38,665 nucleotides of DNA from contig JBOFUV010000095.1 in the NCBI GenBank assembly GCA_051652765.1, forward strand, positions 1 through 38,665, given 5' to 3'. This document shows, piece after piece, positions 27,127 through 37,169 of the stretch. The notes beneath the pieces are model-generated. The model had not been told where the DNA came from. It saw only the letters and a program-made list of their open reading frames with translations, and ran no database searches. The stretch comes from Microcoleaceae cyanobacterium (GTDB taxonomy: Bacteria; Cyanobacteriota; Cyanobacteriia; Cyanobacteriales; Microcoleaceae). Position 1 is the first letter of the stretch. Each line of letters opens with the position of its first letter. The position numbers were made by a program, and so were the translations under genes.

Positions 27127-27819
27127 TTAGCGTGCACGCTCGCGAAATTCAATCACGTCTTGCTTGATGGTGACATCGTACTTGCCAAAGAAATCTTGGC
27201 CGAGTAGCCCAATATCTAAAGCTGGAGCGATCGCCACCAGCAAGTTAGAGGCAACTGCCCCTTCCACATTGACCGAGCGCACCAAGCCCACTTCCAGTTC
27301 TACATTTTTCTGGCTGGGAGTGTTTGCTTTGGTGCGACCTGTCGGCAATACGCCCAACACCTCTGCCATAGTTGGGGTAATCACTGTATTGCTTGCCCCT
27401 GTGTCCACTAACATTTCATAGGGCTGAGTCCCGTTAAACATGACTTGAATGACTGGAATTCCCCCCGACCGCCGGACAATTTTGGCTTGATAGACTCCTG
27501 AACCCGGAGCAACTGCAGCGCCTCTTTCAACTCCCCCTGCGGGCACTTCAAGGACAGGAACGGGGCAGATTTCATTATTGTTCAGGTCAAGATACTCTCC
27601 AGATTGGGTTCTGAAAAAACAACCGGGACGTTCCTGGGCGATCGCCGTACCGATTTGACCAAAGCAGATGTTACCTAACCCAACCAGCACCCACAGCAAG
27701 TTCGCGGAACGGATGGGAGGTCGAATCGGCATCTGAGGAACCAAAAACTGAGACCACTGGCGTAAGGAACTCAAACGCAAGAAATTCAAACGTAAAGAAT
27801 CCAAAGAGGGGTGAATCAT
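27127..27819 (-). CDS. Retropepsin-like (clan AA) aspartic protease
   Basis: Motifs MLVDTGAS and GLLGQDF; N-terminal signal-like segment. Confidence 0.85.
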   Translation of the reverse strand: MIHPSLDSLRLNFLRLSSLRQWSQFLVPQMPIRPPIRSANLLWVLVGLGNICFGQIGTAIAQERPGCFFRTQSGEYLDLNNNEICPVPVLEVPAGGVERGAAVAPGSGVYQAKIVRRSGGIPVIQVMFNGTQPYEMLVDTGASNTVITPTMAEVLGVLPTGRTKANTPSQKNVELEVGLVRSVNVEGAVASNLLVAIAPALDIGLLGQDFFGKYDVTIKQDVIEFRERAR

Positions 27820-27986
27820 AAAACCTTTACCTGCAAACGAGACAACTTAGATAGGATAAATGCCTGGATTGCCACATCTAATCTTATAGTAGCGGAGCCG
27901 AGACACTGCAATTAATGACTGTGATTGATTCAATTGACTTAGCAATCAAGGGATTGTGAGCCCGTTTCGGCTTCAATCTCCTAGAT

Positions 27987-29726
27987 CTAAGTTCTCACGG
28001 AGGGATTAGGCGTAGGTTTGAACGGAGGCGTTTTTGCAGGAGGCACTTGAATTGCCCCCGCTTTTCGGGTAACCAGTATCCATCCTTCAATCGCTCCAAC
28101 TTGCTCAATATCTTGCAGCTTCAGTTCGTTCAAGGTGACTCGATCCAATAAAAAGTACGGTTGACTGTTTTTAGTCCAAGCTGCTTGCAACTCTTGAATA
28201 TTGGCTGGACGAACTTTGCGATTACTGTAGAAATTCAAGGAGGGACGAGAATAGGGATGAGAAGTGTAGACCTTTGCCGTTGTCGGAACGTTTTTAGTGA
28301 TTAACATGGCTACGGGTTTAACTGGGTAGTCTTCTGCCAATTCCCACACCCAATGACTAGAATTGACAAATAGCAAGAGTGAAAGGTAGCTTCCCCAGAC
28401 TAGAACTGTTAAAAACTGTCGATCTTTTCTAAACAAAAACAGTGCCGTAAATGCCATTGTAATTCCAAATATTCCAATGGCTAGTTTGATATCAACTTCA
28501 ACATTAATGGGCTGTAGTTTCGGTAGCAAATGACTGTAATAGAAGCAAGTAATTAAACCCATCGCTGCCATCACAATAAACACAGGCCAAAGGGCTTGGG
28601 GCTGAGGACAGAAAAATTCGCTGCGTTCCCTTGCTCCTGGCCCCCAGCGACCTGTTACTGAATTTCCCTCTTGCCAAATTTCCGCGATGTAGAATCCAAC
28701 CGCCAAGGCAAACACTGGGTACAGAGGCAAGATATACCAGGGAAGCTTCGTCCCCATGAGGGAAATTGCGGTAAAGTAAACCCCTGTCCAGATCAGAATC
28801 AACTTGGCCCAACCAAAGTTACGATTCATCCAGGCAAACTGCAATCCTTGGGGCCAAAACAGTAACCAAGGCCAACTGTATTTCAACAGCTCTAATCCAT
28901 AGTACCAAGGTGCTCCAGCATTGTTTTCCACCGGTTGCCAGACCCGCCGCAGAGATTGGTTGAGCAAATTGGCATCCAGAAACTCTTGGCCATAATGTAG
29001 CCCCTGGGCAACATACCAACCCATGACCGGAACGCTGCCCAACAGCAGTCCTAGCCAGAGATAGGAAGATTTCAGCAATCGGGGTGTGTCCCACAACAGG
29101 AAGAGAAAGGCAATCCCCCCCAGCAACACCCCTAATACTACACCCTTCGTTAAGCAGAGAAGCCCAAAGGCCAGACCTGATCCCAAGGTATACCGTAGAT
29201 CTCGCCGCGATCGCAACACAGACCACACCATGAAAATCAGCAGAAACAGCACTGCCCCTTCCAACATGGCCAGTCTTCCTTGACGTACCACCGGCAGGAG
29301 CGTTAGGTAAACCAAAGCCGAAAACAAAGCTGGAGTCCGGCGAGGGGTTAATTCTCGACCCAACCCATAGAGTAGGGGCACCGAGAATGCCGTAAACAAA
29401 GCAGAGGGCAGTCGAGCAGTCCATTCGTTCACGCCCAGCCAATTATAGACCCATGCCATCACCCCATGCACCAACGGTGGCTTGTTGAAGTACGGTGCGC
29501 CGTGCAGGGTTGGGTAGAGCCAGTTCCCTTCCCCCTGGCTGATTTCACGAGCCACCTGTGCCACAATGCCCTCATCCCAATCCCGCAACGGTACGCCTCC
29601 TAAGTTCAAGGTGCAGAGTAGGAGGGCCGCCAGGGACAGGGTTAAAATCCAGAACCAATCCAGCCTATTGTCTCGAACCCAAGCGCGAGGTTGAGAATAG
29701 TCGAGTGTAAAAAGTTGACGAGACAT
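27987..29726 (-). CDS. ArnT/PMT-2 family lipid-linked glycosyltransferase
   Basis: Motifs RDWDE, YFNKPPL, ARLP, LTKG and TKLPWY; many TM helices. Start is 29726 or 29762. Confidence 0.88.
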   Translation of the reverse strand: MSRQLFTLDYSQPRAWVRDNRLDWFWILTLSLAALLLCTLNLGGVPLRDWDEGIVAQVAREISQGEGNWLYPTLHGAPYFNKPPLVHGVMAWVYNWLGVNEWTARLPSALFTAFSVPLLYGLGRELTPRRTPALFSALVYLTLLPVVRQGRLAMLEGAVLFLLIFMVWSVLRSRRDLRYTLGSGLAFGLLCLTKGVVLGVLLGGIAFLFLLWDTPRLLKSSYLWLGLLLGSVPVMGWYVAQGLHYGQEFLDANLLNQSLRRVWQPVENNAGAPWYYGLELLKYSWPWLLFWPQGLQFAWMNRNFGWAKLILIWTGVYFTAISLMGTKLPWYILPLYPVFALAVGFYIAEIWQEGNSVTGRWGPGARERSEFFCPQPQALWPVFIVMAAMGLITCFYYSHLLPKLQPINVEVDIKLAIGIFGITMAFTALFLFRKDRQFLTVLVWGSYLSLLLFVNSSHWVWELAEDYPVKPVAMLITKNVPTTAKVYTSHPYSRPSLNFYSNRKVRPANIQELQAAWTKNSQPYFLLDRVTLNELKLQDIEQVGAIEGWILVTRKAGAIQVPPAKTPPFKPTPNPSVRT

Positions 29727-29934
29727 AGTTTGGCAAGTTACAGCATGGGTAAGGATTCCCAAATGGAACTCTTAGGGTAATTCATTGTTTCTATATTCTA
29801 TGATGACAACACTTGATTGAAAGTTGCTAACACTCAGGGCAAAAATCTCGCTAGAATTGGTAAAGTCTCTGTTTCAGTCTGTTTTTTCAGTCTGCTCTTT
29901 TAAACCGTTAAAGTCGTTCAACGCCACGAGTCCA

Positions 29935-31057
29935 ATGGATGCTCTAGAAATCAAACGAGAAATCGAAACTTTGTCGAGTCGCCTGGGGAAAGCCCAGGAC
30001 TATCTTTGACGTTCCAGCCGTTACCGCCAAGATTCAAGATTTAGAACAGATTGCGGCTCAGCCAGAGTTTTGGGAGGATCAAGCGATCGCTCAAAACACC
30101 TTACAAAACCTCAATGATCTCAAATCTGTTCTGCAACAACAGAAACTCTGGCAGCAATCTTTAGAAGATACCCGGACAATCCTAGAGTTACTAGAGCTAG
30201 AAAATGATGAAGCTCTGCTGCAAGAAGCTCAGGCTAATGTTCAGAATTTAAGTCAGGAGTTTGATCAGTGGGAGTTGCGACAACTGCTGTCTGGCCCTTA
30301 CGACAAAGGGGGTGCTGTCCTGACGATTAACGCTGGAGCTGGAGGAACCGACGCTCAGGACTGGGCCGAAATGCTGTTGCGGATGTACACGCGCTGGGGG
30401 GAGGCCCAGGGGTACAAGGTTCACTTGACCGAGTTGTCTGAAGGAGATGAAGCCGGAATTAAATCTGTGACCATAGAAATTGAGGGTTCCTATGCCTACG
30501 GTTATCTCAAGGTCGAAAAAGGAACCCACCGTTTAGTCAGAATTTCTCCGTTCAACGCCAATGGCAAACGTCAAACGAGCTTTGCTGGGGTGGAAATCAT
30601 GCCAATATTGGATACGGGTGTTCACCTTGAGATTCCTGAAAAAGACTTGGATATTAGTACTTCTCGCGCTGGAGGAAAAGGGGGTCAGAACGTTAACAAG
30701 GTGGAAACAGCAGTTCGAATTACCCACTTGCCTACGGGGATTGCAGTACGCTGTACTCAGGAACGGAGCCAGTTACAGAACAAAGAAAAGGCCATGACCC
30801 TGCTCAAAGCCAAATTGTTGATCATTGCCCAGGAACAACGGGCTAAAGAAATTGCTGAAATTCGTGGAGATTTGGTGGAAGCAGCCTGGGGCAACCAAAT
30901 TCGGAACTACGTGTTTCATCCCTATCAAATGGTGAAGGATTTGCGGACTGGCGAAGAAACAACGGCAATTGAAGATGTGATGAATGGCGACCTGAACCCG
31001 TTTATCCAAGCCTATCTCCGCCAGGAAAATCAACTCCTTGAAAGTCACTCTGCGTAA
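29935..31057 (+). CDS. prfB: Peptide chain release factor 2 with programmed +1 frameshift (29935-30006 joined to 30008-31057, about 373 aa)
   Basis: AGGAC-TAT-CTT-TGA-C at about 29996-30010. The +1 frame is open to 31057 and carries the SPF and GGQ motifs. Confidence 0.96.
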
Positions 31058-31064
31058 TTTGAAG

Positions 31065-31931
31065 TCAGCCGCAAACTGCTGCAACCGCTCTCGCCCATCC
31101 TAACGCACCTGCTGTATCTGCGACTTGCCATCCCCGGCCCATCAAATCTGGGTGGGGGCCATTTTTGTCAGGAATAATGATAGGAACGTCAACGACTTCT
31201 AGCATGGCCAAATCATTGGGACTATTGCCTAAGCCAACCGTGATGATTTCAACTTCAGGCGAAAGGGTTTGAGAAGAATTGGTTTGATGATTAGTTTGAT
31301 CCCGAACTTGATAGTAGGTTTGATACTGTTGAGTCAACCACTGAGTTGCTCTCCCTTTGCCTGCATTTTTACCAATTAAATGGGAAAAGCGATCGCCAAT
31401 TACGACTTGGAATCCGAGTTGTTCTACGGCCCGCTGGATCACGTCACCAGAAATTTCCTTAGGGGTGATGAACGGTTCAGTAAACTCGCGGGTTTTTGCC
31501 CAGGTTGCTGCTATCAAAGACAATCCCGTTCGTTGGATCACTTCTGTCACCTCTAAATCATTAAACCCTCGCAACGGTACGCCTAAATCTTGCGCTAAAG
31601 CGGTAACTCCCTGAACGGCTTCTGCGTAGGAACAACCAAATTGTATCAGACTGTAATCCTTCGATTCAGTCGTGTTGAATTCAGAGGAACAATCAGCTAA
31701 CTCGGTCTGGGATCTGGGAATAAAAATGGCACTGCCATTTTCAACAATAAAACTATCCCGCAACTTAATTTCTTGACATAGTAATTCAACTTCTGCACGG
31801 GTTTTACTGGTCACTGGAATAATCGGAATTTGTCGATCTTGAAGCTGTTGAATTATAGGTAAGGCAGCATCACACCTATAGTTATCAGCATTTAATAACG
31901 TTCCATCTAAATCTGTAAAGATGATTAACAT
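31065..31931 (-). CDS. HAD-IIB phosphatase, mannosyl/glucosyl-3-phosphoglycerate phosphatase-like
   Basis: Motifs FTDLDGTLL, TSKTRAE, ENG, REFTEP and LGNSPNDLAML. Confidence 0.85.
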   Translation of the reverse strand: MLIIFTDLDGTLLNADNYRCDAALPIIQQLQDRQIPIIPVTSKTRAEVELLCQEIKLRDSFIVENGSAIFIPRSQTELADCSSEFNTTESKDYSLIQFGCSYAEAVQGVTALAQDLGVPLRGFNDLEVTEVIQRTGLSLIAATWAKTREFTEPFITPKEISGDVIQRAVEQLGFQVVIGDRFSHLIGKNAGKGRATQWLTQQYQTYYQVRDQTNHQTNSSQTLSPEVEIITVGLGNSPNDLAMLEVVDVPIIIPDKNGPHPDLMGRGWQVADTAGALGWARAVAAVCG

Positions 31932-31937
31932 TTACAC

Positions 31938-32056
31938 CTATAGCAATCAGTAATTAGATGCGAGAAAAACTAGAGCGGGGTTTGGGGAAGCAGTCCCCAA
32001 TCAGGGGGCAACGCCCCCTTCACCCCCTGTTCACAAATCATTTGTGATTGCTATAG
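31938..32056. mobile_element. MITE-like element (119 bp) with internal REP-like hairpins
   Basis: Terminal inverted repeat CTATAGCAATCA/TGATTGCTATAG (12 bp perfect, about 26 bp imperfect). Internal hairpins TTGGGGA..TCCCCAA and AGGGGGC..GCCCCCT. Confidence 0.75.
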
Positions 32057-32155
32057 CCATTACAGCAGTCTCTATTTGAGCGTAATACAGATTGATCCCT
32101 CTTTGTCCCCCCTTTATCTCCTTTTCAAGCAGAATTTAGGGGGATCGCTGGGAAG

Positions 32156-35100
32156 TTATGACAATTCTGGTAGAGCGAGATAAGGGCGATCGCGAAAATC
32201 AGGGAGTCGCGAAGGGTTTTGATCTAACTTTGCCAGGATTAACTCCAACGCTTTTTCCAATTGAGGATCTTTTCCAGTTGCCCAATCTTGGGGTTTAATT
32301 TCTACTTCAATATCAGGATCAGTTCCGTAGTTTTCAACTCGCCAGCCCACATCCTGAAACCAAAAGGAAAACTCTGGTTGGGTAACAAGTGTGCCGTCAG
32401 CCATGGAATGACGCGGTGAAATCCCAATCACTCCTCCCCAGGTTCGTGTCCCAACCAATGGCCCCAGGTTCATCAGTTTAAAGCAGTGACTAAAAATGTC
32501 CCCATCTGACCCAGCGTATTCGTTGGTCAAGGCGATCATTGGGCCAAAAGGAGCATCGTCGGGGTAGGGGGCAGGTTGACTCCACCGAGAAATATCATAT
32601 CCAATCCGCTGCCGTGCCAATTTTTCTAGCAACAGTTGGGAGACATGACCGCCGCTGTTGTAGCGAACGTCAATGATCAACCCCTCTTTGTAAACCTCTG
32701 CCATGTAGTACCGATGGAATTCAGCATAGCCCCTTGGCCCCATATCTGGAATATGAACATAGCCGACTCGTCCCTGGGTGATCTGATCAATCGTTTGAGA
32801 GTTAGTCTCGACCCATTCTCGATAGCGGGCAGCCATCTCATGCCTCAGGGTTTTAACGGTAATAGTTTGGGGTTCAGCGGCAGGGGTTCTGGCAAAGGTC
32901 AAAGTCACTTCGGTTCCAGCCTGATGAACCAGCAATTCCTCAGGAGACAGATGCTGATTTAACCGTTGGCCACCAATCGTTAACAGCAAATCTCCCGGCT
33001 GAATATTCAAACCGATTTGAGTCAGGGGAGAGCTTTTTTTTTCATCCCAGCGATCGCCTTGAACAATATGTTCCAGACGGTAGGCATCCGTTGCTGGATC
33101 GTAACTAAAATCAGCCCCTAAAAATCCAAGCTTGTAACTAGGCGGATGACGATAATCTCCACCAAATTCATAGGCATGGGATGTGCCTAATTCTCCCTGC
33201 ATTTCCCAAATTAAATCGGAAAATTCAGAGCGGGTCGTAACCCGATTTAACAAGGGTTGATAGCGATCTTTGACTCGAGCCCAGTCTACCCCTGACATAT
33301 TTTCTGTCCAGAACTGTTCCTGCTGGAGCCGCCAAATTTCAGTGAACATTTGCTGCCACTCTACCGTAGGCGTGAGGGAGACTCGAACCCGATTGAGATC
33401 AATCCACCCGGTTTTCCGACCCGGTTTGTCTTCTTCCTCTAAAGGTTTCTTGTCTGATTTAGATTTCAATAGGTCTAGGGTGCCTACCCACAATCGTCGC
33501 TTCGATCGATAGATAATAGTTTCGTAATCTTGGCCAACCTTAAAACTGGAGAGGTTGCTGACCACTCGATCCCGTTTTTGTTCGGCAAAGTCATACACTT
33601 CTAGGGCAGCTTTGGAGTCAGGCTCTATCTCTGCCCAATCTTCCTCTAAGCTGCCTTCAACTGGAACAGAACTCCATAACACCTTGCCTTTTAATCCCTG
33701 AATTTGCCGATAGATCCCTTCAGGAACCGGGAAGCGAACAATCCGGTTTTCAATCCCGTCTAAATCAATTTCAAGTTTTGTTGGTTCTTCAGAATGGTCT
33801 ACATGAGGATCTGAATGGCTCTCTGTCCTGTCAGCATTTTTCTCTTTTGTTAAGGGTTTGGGCTGGGGAACAAAGGGAGAAAGGGTATCTTTTTGGAGGG
33901 AAATTAGGTAAGGACGCATTCCCTTCGGAAAGTTTAAATCAAGGTAAATCCGGTCATAGACTGGATTGAACTCTCGCACGGAGAGAAAATAGAGGAATTT
34001 ACCGTCTGGGTCAAAGGCCGGAGAAATGTCCCAAAATCGAGGCGAAGTCAAACGGTGAACTGCCCCAGACTCAACCTGAAATAGCTTGATCGAAACCGTT
34101 TTTTGAGTGTCTGCACAGCCATAGGCAATCCATTCTCCATCGGGAGACCAACTGATGCCTTGAATTCGAAGATGGGCGCTGCGATCGCACACCTGAGCTT
34201 CAGCCGTGTTCAGGTTCACCAGGATCAGTTCATGGCGATGGTTGGTCAAGGCCAAGCGGTCACCGACTGGAGCAACGGCTAGCAATACGACTCGCCCTAA
34301 ATCCAGGTGGGGAAATTGCTTCAGGGGAACATTATTGTCTGGGCTGTAAATTTCTAATCCCTCTCGTCCCTCTCGATCCGTAATTGTGACTAATCGCTGA
34401 CCATCATTTAACCACCGCGTTAAACGGTAGCGAACAGCTTCTGGCTTGCCAATTTGAGTCGAGGCCCCTTCCCAATTCCCAAAGGTGAAACTTTGGCCCC
34501 GGGTTGTGATCACTGTTGAGTGACCTTGCGGATGCAGAGCATAGTCTTCGAGAAATTCCCCAGATTTAACGAACTTTCGCTGCCGTTGGATCTGGGGCGA
34601 ATGAAATTCAATTTCAATCTTTTGATTCCTGTCCGTCTCCGGATCAAGCCAAAACAAGTCTGCCCCCACCTGATAAACAATACATTTGCCATCCGTTGTG
34701 GCGTGGCGAACATAATAGTCTCGATGGCGAGTGTGTTGCTGCAAGTCTTCTCCTTCAGGCGTGCAGGAGTAAAGATTGCCGATGCCAGCATGGTCACTGG
34801 TAAAAAAGATTCGAGATCCAATCCACATCGGTGAGGCCAAGTTTCCTGACCAAGACTCTAATAAATGGCAAAACTCTCCAGTGTCATTTGGATCAATCCA
34901 GATGACTCCGGCTGTTCCCCCTCGGTAACGCTTCCAGCGAGCCAAGTCTGTGGTGTTCCGACCCAGGACAACGCCACCATTAGCGCCGTAGGAAATATTG
35001 TGAGCCAGTCCCCAGGGCAAAGGCTGAGGTAATCCTCCCTCTGGCTTGATTGCATAGAGCTTGAAAATCCGACGAAAGGGTTGCTTAGCATTGCTAGCGA

Positions 35101-35410
35101 ATACAATGGACTGCCTATCTCGGCTCCATCCCGCTACTCCAACTTGTGATCCTAGAAACGTTAATCGCTGAGCCATCCCGCCAACAGCAGGCATCCAGTA
35201 CACTTCTTGATTGCCCTCCTCTTTCCCCACAAATGCCAATTGAGTGCCATCAGGGGAGAGAAATGGAGAAGAGACTTCTCCCAAGTTTGCCGTTAGCCGA
35301 ACTGCTGGGCCTCCCTGTTTCGAGACTTGCCAGAGGTCATCTTCGCAGACAAAAACAACGTTGTTTTCATGGATTGTGGGGTGATGATAGTAACCGACTT
35401 GCTGATTCAT
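32156..35410 (-). CDS. Tricorn protease homolog (S41 family; beta-propellers, PDZ and catalytic domain)
   Basis: Motifs WKRYRGG, GELGTSHAY, GYVHIPDM, DVRYNSGG, AGSDGD and GTRTWGG. Start is probably 35410 or 35425 rather than 35578. Confidence 0.93.
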   Translation of the reverse strand: MNQQVGYYHHPTIHENNVVFVCEDDLWQVSKQGGPAVRLTANLGEVSSPFLSPDGTQLAFVGKEEGNQEVYWMPAVGGMAQRLTFLGSQVGVAGWSRDRQSIVFASNAKQPFRRIFKLYAIKPEGGLPQPLPWGLAHNISYGANGGVVLGRNTTDLARWKRYRGGTAGVIWIDPNDTGEFCHLLESWSGNLASPMWIGSRIFFTSDHAGIGNLYSCTPEGEDLQQHTRHRDYYVRHATTDGKCIVYQVGADLFWLDPETDRNQKIEIEFHSPQIQRQRKFVKSGEFLEDYALHPQGHSTVITTRGQSFTFGNWEGASTQIGKPEAVRYRLTRWLNDGQRLVTITDREGREGLEIYSPDNNVPLKQFPHLDLGRVVLLAVAPVGDRLALTNHRHELILVNLNTAEAQVCDRSAHLRIQGISWSPDGEWIAYGCADTQKTVSIKLFQVESGAVHRLTSPRFWDISPAFDPDGKFLYFLSVREFNPVYDRIYLDLNFPKGMRPYLISLQKDTLSPFVPQPKPLTKEKNADRTESHSDPHVDHSEEPTKLEIDLDGIENRIVRFPVPEGIYRQIQGLKGKVLWSSVPVEGSLEEDWAEIEPDSKAALEVYDFAEQKRDRVVSNLSSFKVGQDYETIIYRSKRRLWVGTLDLLKSKSDKKPLEEEDKPGRKTGWIDLNRVRVSLTPTVEWQQMFTEIWRLQQEQFWTENMSGVDWARVKDRYQPLLNRVTTRSEFSDLIWEMQGELGTSHAYEFGGDYRHPPSYKLGFLGADFSYDPATDAYRLEHIVQGDRWDEKKSSPLTQIGLNIQPGDLLLTIGGQRLNQHLSPEELLVHQAGTEVTLTFARTPAAEPQTITVKTLRHEMAARYREWVETNSQTIDQITQGRVGYVHIPDMGPRGYAEFHRYYMAEVYKEGLIIDVRYNSGGHVSQLLLEKLARQRIGYDISRWSQPAPYPDDAPFGPMIALTNEYAGSDGDIFSHCFKLMNLGPLVGTRTWGGVIGISPRHSMADGTLVTQPEFSFWFQDVGWRVENYGTDPDIEVEIKPQDWATGKDPQLEKALELILAKLDQNPSRLPDFRDRPYLALPELS

Positions 35411-35873
35411 ACTGAACTGACGCATCAATAATACCTGATGGTTATTAGGTAGAGTGGAGTGGGTGGTGTGAACCCTGATTAGTTTAACCCTTGAAATTTG
35501 AGTCCCTGTCAGGTCGCAAAAAACCTTAACAGCTTTGTTTGAACGCCATGACATGAAGCGCGAACGTGCAGTGGGCATCTTACCCGCGCAGGCGAGCTTG
35601 GATGATTACCAGAATTTTGGCCAAATCTCAAACTCCCCTGCGGATTTCGTTTCAGATTTCATGTATAAAAACGCACCATCAAAAACAGAAAATCGCCAAA
35701 AACGTCTCCAGATCAGCAATTCCAACATTTTTCGAACGGGTTCAGGAATAATCCAGGCTAAGCAGACCCAACAAAAAGCGCTACGACTTTTGGCGCAGCG
35801 CTGCTCTCGAATGAAATTCTGAGTTGAAATTCTGAGTTGAAAGTATTAAAGCTAACGATCTGAAGACTCAGTC

Positions 35874-36911
35874 CTATTTTCCAGTGACCTTACTCTGAAC
35901 CGCGCCGACAATACTGGTCGCGACTTGTTCAGGAATGCGGGTATATTCCAAGCCCTCATTAAAGCCTTGTCCCTTGCCCAAAATCCAACTCACCATTTTT
36001 TTAACGCCATCGGCTTTCTCTGCACTTTCATACTGCTGCTTAACGAGAATCCAGGTAATCCCCACAATCGGATATCCCGTTTCTGGATTTTGCAGATTTG
36101 CAGCCCGCAGATCCTGATAAAACCGAACAGTACTTAAGGCTTTGTAAGTTTCTGCCAAGGTAGGAGCCACAAAATCTCCCGCCAGATTCTGCAACTGAGC
36201 CGTTGCTAATTTATTCTTGCGGGCGTAGGTATCCTGAACATAGCCGATTGACCCTTGAGTCTGTTTAACTTGATTGGCAACTCCTTCGTTTTGGGCCCCC
36301 TTCAACGGATTTCCGGGCCACTTGGGTTGAGTCGAGACATCCACATTCTTTTGGAATTGAGGGCTAACAGCACTCAGATGGCGGGTAAAAATATAAGTTG
36401 TACCGCTACTGTCTTCCCGCACAACGGGTTTGATCGGCAAAGCAGGTAATTTCACCCCTGGATTGTCCTTGGCAATCTTGGCGTTATTCCATTGGGTAAT
36501 CTTGCCTTGGAAAATATTAGCTAAAACCGACTGAGAGAGTTTTAGTTCAGAAATCCCAGGCAAATTAAAGACAACGGCAACGGCCCCTCCTGCGGTTGGA
36601 ACGAGTACCATTCCCTTGGACATTTGGTCAATTTGAGACTGAACGGGAGGAGCATCAGTTCCGGCAAAGTCCACGGTGTTGGCGATAAAGCTGCTGATTC
36701 CCTTACCACTTCCAACAGCATCATAGGTCACTGCAATTCCAGACTCTTTCTTAAATTCAGCAAAATACTTTTGGTACAGTGGGGCTGGAAACGAAGCCCC
36801 AGCGCCTTTAAGGTTCAGGGCAATAGCTTCACCAACCGTTCCAAAAGATAAGGCGATCGCCGCCACAGATATTGCAACAGTTCTAGGCCAATGAGATAGA
36901 AAGAACACCAT
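35874..36911 (-). CDS. pstS: Phosphate ABC transporter substrate-binding protein
   Basis: Motifs GAGASFPAPLY, GSGKG, VDFAGTD, R.DSSGTT and GYPI; signal peptide. Alternative TTG start at 36926. Confidence 0.93.
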   Translation of the reverse strand: MVFFLSHWPRTVAISVAAIALSFGTVGEAIALNLKGAGASFPAPLYQKYFAEFKKESGIAVTYDAVGSGKGISSFIANTVDFAGTDAPPVQSQIDQMSKGMVLVPTAGGAVAVVFNLPGISELKLSQSVLANIFQGKITQWNNAKIAKDNPGVKLPALPIKPVVREDSSGTTYIFTRHLSAVSPQFQKNVDVSTQPKWPGNPLKGAQNEGVANQVKQTQGSIGYVQDTYARKNKLATAQLQNLAGDFVAPTLAETYKALSTVRFYQDLRAANLQNPETGYPIVGITWILVKQQYESAEKADGVKKMVSWILGKGQGFNEGLEYTRIPEQVATSIVGAVQSKVTGK

Positions 36912-37141
36912 TTTGTTTATCCTCAACTTAAAAAGTAATGGTTAAATATAGAAGTACTGTAGCAAAACAGTTGAAGCCGCCTTAAAAACGTTAAACTTTT
37001 TAACTGACTGAGTCGCGTAATTTGTCTAGGTGCAGGGGCTTCAGGCAGTCGGGCCACAATCTTCTCATGCAAAAGTGTAAACCCTAATACTATTTACATT
37101 TCAACCCGGTTTCCTGTCAAGTAAATACCGATAAAGATGAT

Positions 37142-37169
37142 AAAAAAGGCATGAAAAAATCATGCCTTT
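37142..37169 (-). terminator. Intrinsic terminator between ndhB and pstS
   Basis: Minus strand reads AAAGGCATGA-ttttt-TCATGCCTTT-TTT. Confidence 0.65.

Larger units (their letters stand above)
6752..36860. repeat. Dispersed HIP1 octamers (GCGATCGC), about 30 copies
   Basis: Counted by eye, e.g. 6752, 9074, 13544, 21485, 25580, 30083, 36853. None seen in 1-6750. Confidence 0.9.

Noticed and set aside
27127..27819. Retropepsin-like protease as a sign of a retroelement
   Set aside because: Clan AA proteases are common chromosomal genes in bacteria; no reverse transcriptase is nearby and the gene contains HIP1 sites.
36981..37005. SphR Pho box upstream of pstS
   Set aside because: TTAA cores are spaced 9 bp rather than 11 bp and match PyTTAAPyPy(T/A) poorly.
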